NCBI GenBank assembly: GCA_963834075.1
Contig: CAWIAH010000011.1
Location: 476,989 to 540,988 of the forward strand
Direction of reading: 5' to 3'
DNA length: 64,000 nt
DNA from: an uncultured Acidobacteriaceae bacterium
Lineage (GTDB): Bacteria; Acidobacteriota; Terriglobia; Terriglobales; Acidobacteriaceae
Shown: positions 1 through 9,072 of the stretch, piece after piece
Position numbering within the stretch: the first letter of the stretch is position 1
How the letters are laid out: the number at the start of each line of letters is the position of its first letter
The notes under the pieces: model-generated
The model's input: only the letters and a program-made list of their open reading frames with translations
What the model was told of the DNA's origin: nothing
Database searches by the model: none
Translations under genes and position numbers: made by a program

Positions 1-19
1 TCAACAATCTTCGAGTAAG

Positions 20-787
20 ATGCGGGGCATGGAGATCACTGCCGAGCAGTACGAGCGAATTCAAGATTGCTTGCCGGTGCAACGCGGCAATGTGCGTCAC
101 GAGAATTTGGTCTTGTTGAACGCGATCCTCTACGTGGCCGAGCACGGATGTAAGTGGCGCGGATTGCCCAAGCGGTATGGCAATTGGCACAGCATCTATG
201 TGCGCATGAATCGTTGGGCCAAGAAAGGCGTCTTAGATCAGGTGTTTGCCAAGTTGCAGCAAGAGCAGATTCTGCGCATCAAGATCGAAGCCTTCAGTTT
301 GGATTCGACCTCGGTGAAAGTGCATCCCGACGGAACCGGGGCGTTAAAAAAAACGGACCGCAAGCCATCGGGAAATCGCGCGGCGGATGGAACACCAAGA
401 TTCATCTGGTTGCCGCGAATGCTCGAACGGCAATAATCTTCTGCTTGTCGCCGGGTGAAGCGCACGACGCTCCGGTGGGCCGGCAACTTCTGCTGGAACT
501 CGGCCCGCTACCCGTCGAAGTTCCGCTAGTCGATGGATCGGGCCTACGAAGGCGACGAAACCCGGCAACTGGCGCTGGAATTGAACATGATTCCGGTGGT
601 TCCACCCAAAGCCAACCGGCGCGACCCTTGGGACTACGATCGCGAACTCTACAAGAAACGGAACCAGGTCGAGCGCCTGTTTCGACGGTTGAAAGGGTTC
701 CGCCGCATCTTCTCACGTTTCGAGAAACTCGACATTGTGTTTCTGGCCTTCATCTACTTCGCTTTCATCATCGAGGCGCTGCGATAG
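20..787 (+). pseudogene. IS5-family transposase OrfAB: programmed -1 frameshift plus one additional unprogrammed frame break
   Basis: Frame a (20-~350) reads through TGALKK. A -1 slip on A AAA AAA continues as KKNGPQAIGKSRGGWNTKIHLVA in frame b. Frame b then fails at GTC-g-ATG (extra G about 532), and the conserved VMDRAYEGDETR...SRFEKLD resumes in frame a (533-787). The second break is not at a slippery site. Confidence 0.6.
346..353 (+). other. A8 slippery run, putative programmed -1 ribosomal frameshift site of the IS transposase
   Basis: The sequence is gcg tta aaa aaa acg. Shifting -1 here joins OrfA to the in-phase continuation KKNGPQAIGKSRGGW. This matches the known A6-7 frameshift logic of IS5/IS427-type elements. 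Confidence 0.7.
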
Positions 788-954
788 TGTGAACAGGCCC
801 TAGTATTTTCATACGATTGCTCCCTGATTTGAAACCATCAATAATCACCAAACTTTTTGCAGGTGAGGATCACTTCAAGCGTCGCGATCAATTGCGCCGT
901 GATCGCGAAGTATCCCTGGCAGTGAGATCTCTGAAAGGAACTGTGAGGAAAGCA

Positions 955-3900
955 ATGGCGAGCGTCACGAGAGTTCTGTGTTTAGCGGTGATAATGTCGG
1001 CTTGTCTAAACGTTGTTGCACAGCAGATCACCGCCAGTATTCGCGGAACCGTGCTTGATCCTACCGGGGCTGTGGTACGGAATGCGCAGGTGAGCGCGAC
1101 CCAGACCGAGACCGGGCTGGTGCGCACAGCCGCGACGGACACAGCCGGCGCATACATTCTGCTGGAACTGCCGATTGGACATTATCAGCTGCAGGTCGAA
1201 GCGAAAGGGTTCCAGAAGTATGTACAGCAGGGCATTTTATTGAACGTGAACGAGACGGCGGAGATTCCAGTACATCTGGTGGTCGGCACGGAGAACGAAG
1301 AAGTCGAAGTGCAAGCCGACGCGCAGATGATTCAGGAAACGGTGACCAGTCTAGGCAAGACGGTGCAGGAGCAGGAAGTCCTCGATCTGCCGCTGAACGG
1401 GCGCAATTTCAGCCAGCTGGGCGTGCTGCAGCCCGGAGTAGTGCCGCTGACGCCCGGCCTGGCGGAGGCGGGCGGCGCGCTGCGCGATGGCCAGCCTTAT
1501 TCGGTGAATGGCCAGCGGCCCGAGTCCAACAACTTTCTTATTGATGGCGCCAACAATTTCAATGGTGTGGATGGCGGCTTTGTGCTCAAACCACCGGTGG
1601 ACGCGATCAGCGAATTCCGCATTCTGACACACAGCGCCAACGCGGAATTCGGCGGCGCGCTGGGTTCCACGACGAACATTATTACGCGCTCCGGGTCCAA
1701 CAATTTCCATGGCGATGTGTGGGAGTTCCTGCGCAATAATGCGGTCGATTCGCGCAACTATTTCGCCCAGAACGTCGAGCCTTTGAAACAAAATCAGTTC
1801 GGCGCAACTTTTGGCGGCCCGATCGTCAAAGACAAGACGTTTTTCTTCGGGTTCTATGAGGGTTTCCGCAATCGCCAGGGCGAAACGCAGCTTTCCACGG
1901 TCCCCTCGGTGGCCGAGCGCACGGGGAATTTTGCTCAACTCTGCAGCAGCGGCTTCAATGCGCAAGGCATTTGCCAGGACGCAAACCAGAGCGACCAGCT
2001 TTTCGACATCATCACCAATTCGCCCATTCCTTACAATCAGTTGCCGAGCGGCATGATCAATCCGCTTTCGCAGAGCCTGCTGAGTTTGTTCCCGCAGCCG
2101 AATGACGGAGCAAATTTCCTGAATTCCACGGAGGTGCTGCAGCAAAACAGCGATCAGTTTGGCATGCGCGTTGACCACTATCTGACAGCATCGGATACGT
2201 TAAACTTCCGGTATCTATTCAGCAACGGCAACGAACTCGACCCATTGTCCCCTGCTGGCGCCAGCGTGCCCGGATTTCCGGTGGGCGTCGATCAGCGCGC
2301 TCAGAATTTCGTGGTCACGGAAACGCATACCTTCTCGCCTTCGTTGATCGGTGTAGCGCGGTTGTCGTTCTTACGTAATAAGTTTTTGTTCGGGCTGCGC
2401 ACCAACCATACCAGCCCCACCGATCTGGGCTTCAACTATTCGCCGAGCCTCGATGTGGCGACCGGTCCTCCGTTTATTCAGGTGAACGGATACACCACGG
2501 TGGGCGACCCGATTACCGGCCCACGCGACAGCTACGAGGATGCCTACGACTATTCCGGCTCTTTGAGTTGGGTGCACGGCAAGCACGATCTGAAGTTCGG
2601 CGCAGGAGGCCAGCATCAGGGAACGAACGCGCTGCAGGGAATTGCCACGAATGGGTTCTTCGTGTTTGGGCCGTTTCCGCTTACGGACGCCTTTGCCAGC
2701 TATCTGACGGGCGCTCCCGTCGTGTTTCTGCAAGGCCGCGGCGATTTCAATCGCGGCATCCGCGGCAACTCGCTCTACGGCTACGGGCAGGACACCTATA
2801 AGGTGACCAGGCGCGTGACCCTGAATCTTGGGCTGCGCTACGATCTGCCATTTCCTTACACCGAGATTCACAACCGGCAGACTCTGTGGATTCCTGGGCG
2901 GCAGTCGGTTGTCATGCCGAATGCTCCCGAGGACCTTCTTTATCCCGGCGACCCCGGCGTGCCTCGCGGGCTCATTCCAACCTTCCATAAAGCCTTTGCT
3001 CCGCGGGTAGGTGTTGCCTGGGACCCAACGGGACAGGGCAAATGGCTGGTTACCACGAACTACGGAATCTTCTACGAGCCCTACTACACGGGGCAGGGCG
3101 GTCCGCTGCAGTCGCCGATCAGCGCTCCGCCGTACTTGCAGACGGCACAGATCAGTTGCTTTGTAGCGTATTGTCCCGCGCCGAATGCCGGGACGTTCGC
3201 CGATCCGTTCGATGGCAATCCGCCGGCACCGGGATCATTTGCCACTCCGCTCACCAACCTCACGCTCACTCCGAACTTGCCGTTGCCCTACACGCAGGAT
3301 TGGGATTTGAGCATCCAGCGATCGCTGGGCTCTGACTTGCTCTTTGAAGTCGGCTATGTCGGGACAAAAGGAACCAAGCTGCCGCGCTTCATCGAAGGCA
3401 ATCCGACGGTCTACGTGCCGGGCTTTGATAACGAGAACCCGCCCCAACCTTTATCCACCAGCAGCAACGCCGACCAGCGCCGCCTTTACTCGGGGTGTAC
3501 GCTGGCCCAAACGGAAAGCGACTGTATTTATTCTTCGACAGGACTGATTGCGGGCATTGCGAATTCGGAATACAACGCGCTCGAAACCAGTTTGAAGAAG
3601 CGCTTCGGACACGGCATTTCGTTCTTGGCTTCCTACACCTGGTCGAAGGATATTGACGACGCCTCTTCCTTCAACATGACGGGATCGGCTTCGATGCCGG
3701 TGGCGGGCGAAAATGACCTGGCACAGGATCCCTACAACCTGAAGGCGGAGCGTGGCTTGTCGATGTTTGACGCGCGCAACCGCTTTGTCTTTAGCTATGA
3801 GTGGGCATTGCCGCTGTGGCGGCAGCCGAGAAATTGGTATCAGCAGGTGGTCGGCAACTGGCAGTTGAACGGCATCGTCACATTAATGAGCGGCACACCC

Positions 3901-4332
3901 TTCACAGTATTTGACTCCGACGACGTTTCCGAACAGGGCAGCGCGCCGGAGATCACCGGCTTTTCGGCGAACCGCCCGAACCTGGTCGCGGGGCAAAACC
4001 CGAATGCCGGGCCCAAGACGGTCAACGAATGGTTGAATACGGCGGCATTCCAACGCATTATTCCTGACCCGAATTCTCCAGTGCAGCAGTTCGGCTCGGA
4101 GGGGCGGAATGTTGCGATCGGGCCGGGCTACGATAATTGGGATTTCTCGGCATTCAAGAATATCCGCATCTCTGAGAGCAAGGAATTGCAGTTCCGCGGG
4201 GAGTTCTTTAACTTCTTGAACCACTCGAATTTCCGTCTGCCCGACAGCGACATCAGCTCGCCGACCTTTAACCAGATTCTGGCGGCGCAGCCGCCGCGGC
4301 TGGTGCAGTTTGCGCTGAAGTTTCTGTTCTAG
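955..4332 (+). CDS. TonB-dependent outer-membrane receptor with N-terminal carboxypeptidase-regulatory-like (CarboxypepD_reg) domain
   Basis: ATG at 955 is preceded by GAGGAA. Signal peptide: MASVTRVLCLAVIMSACLNVVAQQ. CarboxypepD_reg motif: SIRGTVLDPTGAVVRNAQVSATQTETG...GAYILLELPIGHYQLQVEAKGF. Plug-like DLPLNGRNFSQL is present. The long beta-barrel ends in ...RLVQFALKFLF with a terminal aromatic residue. The ORF is open from TTG 817, but 955 is the more plausible start. Confidence 0.88.
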   Translation: MASVTRVLCLAVIMSACLNVVAQQITASIRGTVLDPTGAVVRNAQVSATQTETGLVRTAATDTAGAYILLELPIGHYQLQVEAKGFQKYVQQGILLNVNETAEIPVHLVVGTENEEVEVQADAQMIQETVTSLGKTVQEQEVLDLPLNGRNFSQLGVLQPGVVPLTPGLAEAGGALRDGQPYSVNGQRPESNNFLIDGANNFNGVDGGFVLKPPVDAISEFRILTHSANAEFGGALGSTTNIITRSGSNNFHGDVWEFLRNNAVDSRNYFAQNVEPLKQNQFGATFGGPIVKDKTFFFGFYEGFRNRQGETQLSTVPSVAERTGNFAQLCSSGFNAQGICQDANQSDQLFDIITNSPIPYNQLPSGMINPLSQSLLSLFPQPNDGANFLNSTEVLQQNSDQFGMRVDHYLTASDTLNFRYLFSNGNELDPLSPAGASVPGFPVGVDQRAQNFVVTETHTFSPSLIGVARLSFLRNKFLFGLRTNHTSPTDLGFNYSPSLDVATGPPFIQVNGYTTVGDPITGPRDSYEDAYDYSGSLSWVHGKHDLKFGAGGQHQGTNALQGIATNGFFVFGPFPLTDAFASYLTGAPVVFLQGRGDFNRGIRGNSLYGYGQDTYKVTRRVTLNLGLRYDLPFPYTEIHNRQTLWIPGRQSVVMPNAPEDLLYPGDPGVPRGLIPTFHKAFAPRVGVAWDPTGQGKWLVTTNYGIFYEPYYTGQGGPLQSPISAPPYLQTAQISCFVAYCPAPNAGTFADPFDGNPPAPGSFATPLTNLTLTPNLPLPYTQDWDLSIQRSLGSDLLFEVGYVGTKGTKLPRFIEGNPTVYVPGFDNENPPQPLSTSSNADQRRLYSGCTLAQTESDCIYSSTGLIAGIANSEYNALETSLKKRFGHGISFLASYTWSKDIDDASSFNMTGSASMPVAGENDLAQDPYNLKAERGLSMFDARNRFVFSYEWALPLWRQPRNWYQQVVGNWQLNGIVTLMSGTPFTVFDSDDVSEQGSAPEITGFSANRPNLVAGQNPNAGPKTVNEWLNTAAFQRIIPDPNSPVQQFGSEGRNVAIGPGYDNWDFSAFKNIRISESKELQFRGEFFNFLNHSNFRLPDSDISSPTFNQILAAQPPRLVQFALKFLF

Positions 4333-4353
4333 TTTTGTGGGGAAGGAGTAAAT

Positions 4354-4914
4354 ATGGCACACATCAAACTGCCCGAGGGCCTGCCCGGTATCATAGGCGC
4401 GTTGACTATCAGCCCGGAAACCGCAAAGCCGCTGCTGGAATTAGCTGAGGTACTTCTCCGTGGCCCCAACACGCTCACCTCCGCCGAACGCGAGATGATT
4501 GCGACCTATGTTTCGTCGCAGAATGATTGTTGTTTCTGCCAGCTTTCTCACGGTGCTGCAGCCGCGGAGCATCTCGGAGGAAACTATGACTTGATCGATC
4601 GTGTCAAGCGCAACTACGAAGCTACCGAGCTTTCCGGCAAGATGAAGGCCCTGCTGGCCATTGCAGGAAAAGTGCAACAAGGCGGCAAGCAAGTAACCGC
4701 TGCCGATATCGCGCGCGCCCGCCAGCACGGCGCGACCGACCAAGAGATCCACGATACCGTGCTCATCGCAGCCGCCTTTTGCATGTACAACCGCTACGTG
4801 GATGGTTTGGCGACCTCGCAGCCCGCCGATCCCGCGATGTACCGCGAAATGGGGCGAAGACTTGCCAATCAGGGTTATGTCCGCGCTGGGGAACCGCCGG
4901 TGGAAGCGGCATAG
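4354..4914 (+). CDS. Carboxymuconolactone decarboxylase (CMD)/AhpD-like family protein
   Basis: 186 aa with the AhpD-like CxxC motif (SSQNDCCFCQLSHG). It starts 22 nt after the receptor stop and has GGAAGGAG as RBS. Confidence 0.75.
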   Translation: MAHIKLPEGLPGIIGALTISPETAKPLLELAEVLLRGPNTLTSAEREMIATYVSSQNDCCFCQLSHGAAAAEHLGGNYDLIDRVKRNYEATELSGKMKALLAIAGKVQQGGKQVTAADIARARQHGATDQEIHDTVLIAAAFCMYNRYVDGLATSQPADPAMYREMGRRLANQGYVRAGEPPVEAA

Positions 4915-5028
4915 CGGCACAAAGCGGAATTCATTCGGCGACGGCTTTGCCAAAATGGCTCGCATCAACTTTGAATATTGCTTGGCAAGAACATTACGGC
5001 GGATCATGCTGCACTACGTCAGGTCACG

Positions 5029-6309
5029 ATGGAAATAACCAAGCCAACGACAGAAGACTCAATTCGTTTTCCCGGCTGGGGAGTGTGCCTGGCGGCCTTC
5101 GTTGGCGTCATGGTCAGTTTTGCGGCAATCATGCCGTACACGTTCAGCCTTTTTCTTGAGCCGCTGTCCAAATCCTTTGGCTGGCACAGGGAAGCCATTT
5201 CCAGCGCTTTTGGCATCGCGGCGATTACGGTGGCCGTCTTTTCGCCGGGCATCGGGACCTTGCTGGATCGTTTTCCGCCCCGGAGGATCATTCTCCCCAG
5301 CATAATCGTATTTGCTTTGGCGTATATGTCGTTAAGCCGGCTCACGCCGAACATCGCGCGGTTCTATCTGACGTATTTTGTTCTGGGAGTGGTTGGAAAT
5401 GGGACAGCGCAGCTTTCCTATACACGAGCTGTTCTTACATGGTTTCAGAAACATCGGGGCCTCGCGCTGGCGCTCGTTCTCACCGGGAGCGGCACCGGAT
5501 CGATCGTGATCCCGTTAGTCACGCAAGCCGTCATTCATCACTACGGTTGGCGGAGCGCTTACATTGCGCTCGGCTGTATCGCTCTGCTCGGGTTTCCGCT
5601 GAGCGCGCTTTTGGTAAAGAACCGTCCAGTAAGTGCCGCGCACTCCGATCAAAGCTTCAGCACTGGTGTTCCCGTGGGAACCGCGCTGCGCGGCTTCATA
5701 TTCTGGATTTTGGCCATCATTATTATGCTGGAGGCATTCGGTTCGAACGGACTGCTCTCCCATTTAGCTGCCCTGCTCACTGAGAGGGGTGTGTCTGGAG
5801 AAAGTGCGGCGCTCGCGCTCTCGGTAATGGGTGCCACTGGAATTCTGGGCCGGCTGACGACAGGCTTTCTGCTGGACCGTTACTTTGCTCCGTACGTTGC
5901 GATGGTCATGCTGGCGGTTGCTTCCATTGGCATATTCGCCTTGACGACAGCCGCAACCGCCGCTACCGCTTTGATGGGAACGGCGCTGATCGGCTATGGC
6001 CTGGGCAGCGAGGCGGATGTTGTGCCCTACCTGATTGCTCGCTACTTCGGGCGAAAACATTTTGCCGCGTTGTACGGTTTGACATGGACGGCTTATGCCG
6101 TAGGCGGAGCTACCGGGCCGGTGGTAGTGGGTCGTTTCTATGATCGCTATGGGATGTATCAGCCCCGATTGATCGTTGGTCTTGCCCTGACCTGCGTTGT
6201 GGCGGCCGCCCTCAGTCTGTTTCTTCCGCATTACCCGTCAGAATCTTCGGAAGCTACAAACATTCCCGAAGACCCGGCCACCATCTCCGAGGCAATGGCC
6301 GAAGGTTAA
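5029..6309 (+). CDS. MFS transporter (12-TM, oxalate/formate antiporter-like subfamily by appearance)
   Basis: Repeated hydrophobic helices. MFS loop motif GTLLDRFPPRRI lies between TM2 and TM3. ATG at 5029 is chosen over the TTG at 4978. Confidence 0.8.
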   Translation: MEITKPTTEDSIRFPGWGVCLAAFVGVMVSFAAIMPYTFSLFLEPLSKSFGWHREAISSAFGIAAITVAVFSPGIGTLLDRFPPRRIILPSIIVFALAYMSLSRLTPNIARFYLTYFVLGVVGNGTAQLSYTRAVLTWFQKHRGLALALVLTGSGTGSIVIPLVTQAVIHHYGWRSAYIALGCIALLGFPLSALLVKNRPVSAAHSDQSFSTGVPVGTALRGFIFWILAIIIMLEAFGSNGLLSHLAALLTERGVSGESAALALSVMGATGILGRLTTGFLLDRYFAPYVAMVMLAVASIGIFALTTAATAATALMGTALIGYGLGSEADVVPYLIARYFGRKHFAALYGLTWTAYAVGGATGPVVVGRFYDRYGMYQPRLIVGLALTCVVAAALSLFLPHYPSESSEATNIPEDPATISEAMAEG

Positions 6310-6450
6310 ACAGATTGCCTGGGGAGATCGCTTACGTACTCACTGAACCGCCTTCTCGCTAATACAAAACAATTATTGACCCAAAATTCCAAAAGTATGA
6401 TCGTGGTCACACTTTTTGGGCGATAAATATCGCAGACGCGAGGGAACTCA

Positions 6451-6681
6451 ATGGCAGTTTCAAGTCCTGCAATTCCCAATTTGCATGCGGTTCCTTCCGC
6501 AAATGCCGGCTTCTCCGAGAAGCTCAACACCCGCTGGCATGAACGCGCCCTGCAAGTCTTTATGTTCGTTGTGCTGGCACACTGGGCGGAGCATCTGGTT
6601 CAGGCATATCAAATCTACGCTATGCACTTAGAGAAACGAGTCGACACGCTGATGCACGGGCCGCTAGTATTCACGGACTAG
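6451..6681 (+). pseudogene. Possible truncated 5' fragment of a membrane-protein gene (weak call)
   Basis: This 76-aa ORF has one hydrophobic helix and an HWAEHLVQAYQIY motif, then ends abruptly. It is followed by about 300 nt with no listed ORF of 60 aa or more and then a transposase remnant. No family was recognised. Confidence 0.2.
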
Positions 6682-7006
6682 ACCTGGAGCCACTGCCCTG
6701 CCAACCAATGGTTCCGGCCATGCTCCAGGGAGTCTGGAAACGAGCCTCGATCCCTCCCGGCTGACCGTCTTCCCTTCACCAAAGCAAAGCTCACGTCGAA
6801 CCCAGGATTGGACGAAACCGAGCGGCCACGCTCTCTCTAGCAGGCTGCGGAAAAACGCGCTCTGGCATTAGCGGTCGCTGCTTAGTCGCCTTCATTTCCT
6901 TGTAACTTGTAGGAGCGGCCTCGCGGAACCAGGATTGCCGTGTTGTCGCTCTCGAAGGGTCCAACGACTAGTCTGTAGGTTTCGGTCGTGGGGGGCCGTA
7001 AAAAAG

Positions 7007-7265
7007 TCCTGGCTCTCGGACGAACACTTCACGGTGGATGGAACGCTACTGGAAGCGTGGGTGAGTGTGAAGAGTTATCAACGCAAGGATGCGAAGAACG
7101 ACGTTCCGCCGGACGATCCCGGCAATGCGACGGTGGACTTCCAGGGGAGAAGCGTCGAATCAGACGCACGCATCGAAAACGGACCCGGATGCGAAGATGG
7201 CCCGCAAAGGCAAGGAGGCCAAGCTGAGTTACAACGGGAATCTGCTGGTAGAGAACCGCCGAGGC
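7007..7265 (+). pseudogene. Internal remnant of an IS5/IS1182-type DDE transposase (frameshifted, truncated at both ends)
   Basis: One frame reads SWLSDEHFTVDGTLLEAWVSVKSYQRKD...PPDDPGNATVDFQG. Another frame continues with SNQTHASKTDPDAKMARKGKEAKLSYNGNLLVENRRG. This matches the conserved ...SDEHFSVDGTL...THASTTDPDA+LA+KG.G.EAKL.Y block of that transposase group. There is no N-terminal HTH and no C-terminal catalytic part. Confidence 0.65.
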
Positions 7266-7374
7266 CGTCACGAAACCGAAGTCAAAAGGTGGAAGACCGA
7301 CCAACGATCCAGCGTGAAGGCGTAAAACCGAAGCGGGCTTAAATGCCGTCCCTTACGATCTGCCGATTTTCGCA

Positions 7375-8931
7375 CTAGGGGAGACGGAAATCCACGCTCA
7401 TGCGGGTGCTGAATTCCACGGACTGCCCGTCCGACTGATAGGGCCGAAACTTCCATTGCCGGACCGCATCCGCGGCAGCCCGAGCCAGCAGCGAATCTCC
7501 ACTCACCAACTTGAGTTGCTCAATCGAACCATCTTTCCCAACCAAAGCTTCGAGTTCCACTTCTCCTTGAATATGCAGCTGCAGGGCAGCATCTGGGTAC
7601 ACCGGCTCGATTCTTTGGATCAAACGAGAACTAGCCATTTGAGGAGAGAGAAAGACAGCCGCGACCTTCTCGGTCGGATCAGGTTGCCCGGCTCGAAAGC
7701 TTGCGGAGGCGCTGCCGGAGGGTCCAGTTGCGGGAATTTGGCGAAATATGGCCTTGCCATTTTGATAGATCACGAGGCCACCGGGCGCCGCTTGAGTCCG
7801 AGATCGAGGCGCCTCGGCGCCGCGAAGCTGTACCGAATCATCCGCGGGTTCGACACCTGCAGAGTCCAGATTTTTCGAGATTGCCGCGCCGTGGCTTGAA
7901 TTCGACTCCGGAGGGGGTGGCGGAGCGGCATCAGACTGAGTTTCTCTGCTGCTCGTTACTTTTCGCCAACTTGGACGTCCTACCGTCCACCCCAGAACCA
8001 CCGCCAACGTGATGACGGCACCAGTCAGAAGGCTGGAGGTCCATTCGCGACCTTTCTTCCCCAGCCGCGTTTTCCGCGAATCTACGGTTTGAATAGCAGC
8101 AGTATCCGGCTGTATGGTTGCGCCAATAACGGGCCAGCCGGGAGGTGGGGCACTTGCCACTTTTGGGGAGTCGGCGTTCTTCTCTGGCTCGCGCGGCGGC
8201 ACAAAAGAGAAAAGCGGCTCGTCCGATTCGTCCTTCAGATTCTCCGTCATCTCCGCGGAAGCTTGCGCAATGAAGTCCACGGGGTGAGCCTGCCGCTCTG
8301 AACCTTCATTGCTTACGAAAGAAGGTTCAGCGGGATGCGGGGCTGGAGCCTGCGGCGTCCAAAGTTCCCGGAGATTTTCCACAACCACGCATGTGAGAGT
8401 CTGCAGGTTTTGCAGATCGCGATTTCCGAACGCGCCCGGGTGGGGTGAAAAAATCTCAAATACCCCTAACAATTCGTTACCATCCATCACCGGAACTACC
8501 AGCACGGAGCGCACGCGCAGACGCCGGCTGGCCGCGGCGTTGGCGCGGGAGTCGCTTTCCGTGTCAGCGCAATACTGCACCTCGCGGCTGCGAACACAAG
8601 CTCCGGACAATCCGGAACTGACATCGAGCCGCACTCCGACATCCGGCGCATTGGGGCCGACTGCAGCGCGGCACACCATGCCGTTTTCTTCCCTGCCTTC
8701 GCTTAATGCAATGGCAGCAGCCGTCGCGCTGGTGGCTAATAGAACCTGCTCAAGCACTTGCTCGAGCATTCGTTCGATCTGTGAATCGGGCCCATTTTCG
8801 GTGCCACCCGTGGAAATGCGGGCGTCTCGAAGCAGAGGCGGGTGAATTATTCGCTGTCTGGACTGCGCCGCTTCAGGATGAAGCGCTTGGTCAAGCACTC
8901 GCCGGGGATCAGGGAAGTCAGGCCGCACCAT
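7375..8931 (-). CDS. GAF domain / TM / Pro-rich linker / TonB C-terminal domain protein
   Basis: N-terminal GAF-like region: ATSATAAAIAL...GMVCRAAVG...SGLSGACVRSREVQYCADTESD...VRSVLVVPVMDGNELLGVFEIFS. One TM helix: LLTGAVITLAVVLGWTV. Pro-rich stretch: AAPPPPPES. C-terminal TonB_C: VYPDAALQLHIQGEVELEALVGKDGSIEQLKLVSGDSLLARAAADAVRQWKFRPY. Confidence 0.8.
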   Translation of the reverse strand: MVRPDFPDPRRVLDQALHPEAAQSRQRIIHPPLLRDARISTGGTENGPDSQIERMLEQVLEQVLLATSATAAAIALSEGREENGMVCRAAVGPNAPDVGVRLDVSSGLSGACVRSREVQYCADTESDSRANAAASRRLRVRSVLVVPVMDGNELLGVFEIFSPHPGAFGNRDLQNLQTLTCVVVENLRELWTPQAPAPHPAEPSFVSNEGSERQAHPVDFIAQASAEMTENLKDESDEPLFSFVPPREPEKNADSPKVASAPPPGWPVIGATIQPDTAAIQTVDSRKTRLGKKGREWTSSLLTGAVITLAVVLGWTVGRPSWRKVTSSRETQSDAAPPPPPESNSSHGAAISKNLDSAGVEPADDSVQLRGAEAPRSRTQAAPGGLVIYQNGKAIFRQIPATGPSGSASASFRAGQPDPTEKVAAVFLSPQMASSRLIQRIEPVYPDAALQLHIQGEVELEALVGKDGSIEQLKLVSGDSLLARAAADAVRQWKFRPYQSDGQSVEFSTRMSVDFRLP

Positions 8932-9072
8932 GGGTCAGTAAGGCATGCGAGAAGCCCCGACACTGACGCAGCTTGGGAACCAATCTCTCCACCGAAGTGG
9001 GCACCTTGTCGAGAGAGAAATAAGCCGCTCGCACAACTTTCACACTCTTGACCGGAGTGTCACTCGAAAAGC

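Larger units (their letters stand above)
1..805 (+). mobile_element. IS5-family insertion sequence (two-frame OrfA/OrfB organisation as in the IS427/IS1031-like groups); left end lies outside the window
   Basis: Transposase frames span 20-787. The N-terminus is DUF4096-like (CKWRGLPKRYGNWHSIYVRMNRWAKKGV). The C-terminus is DDE-type (MDRAYEGDE...KRNQVERLFRRLKGFRRIFSRFEKLD). An A8 slippery run lies between the frames. The right boundary is only approximate, just after the stop near TGAACAGGCCCTAG (790-803). Inverted repeats cannot be verified because the left end is cut. Confidence 0.8.
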
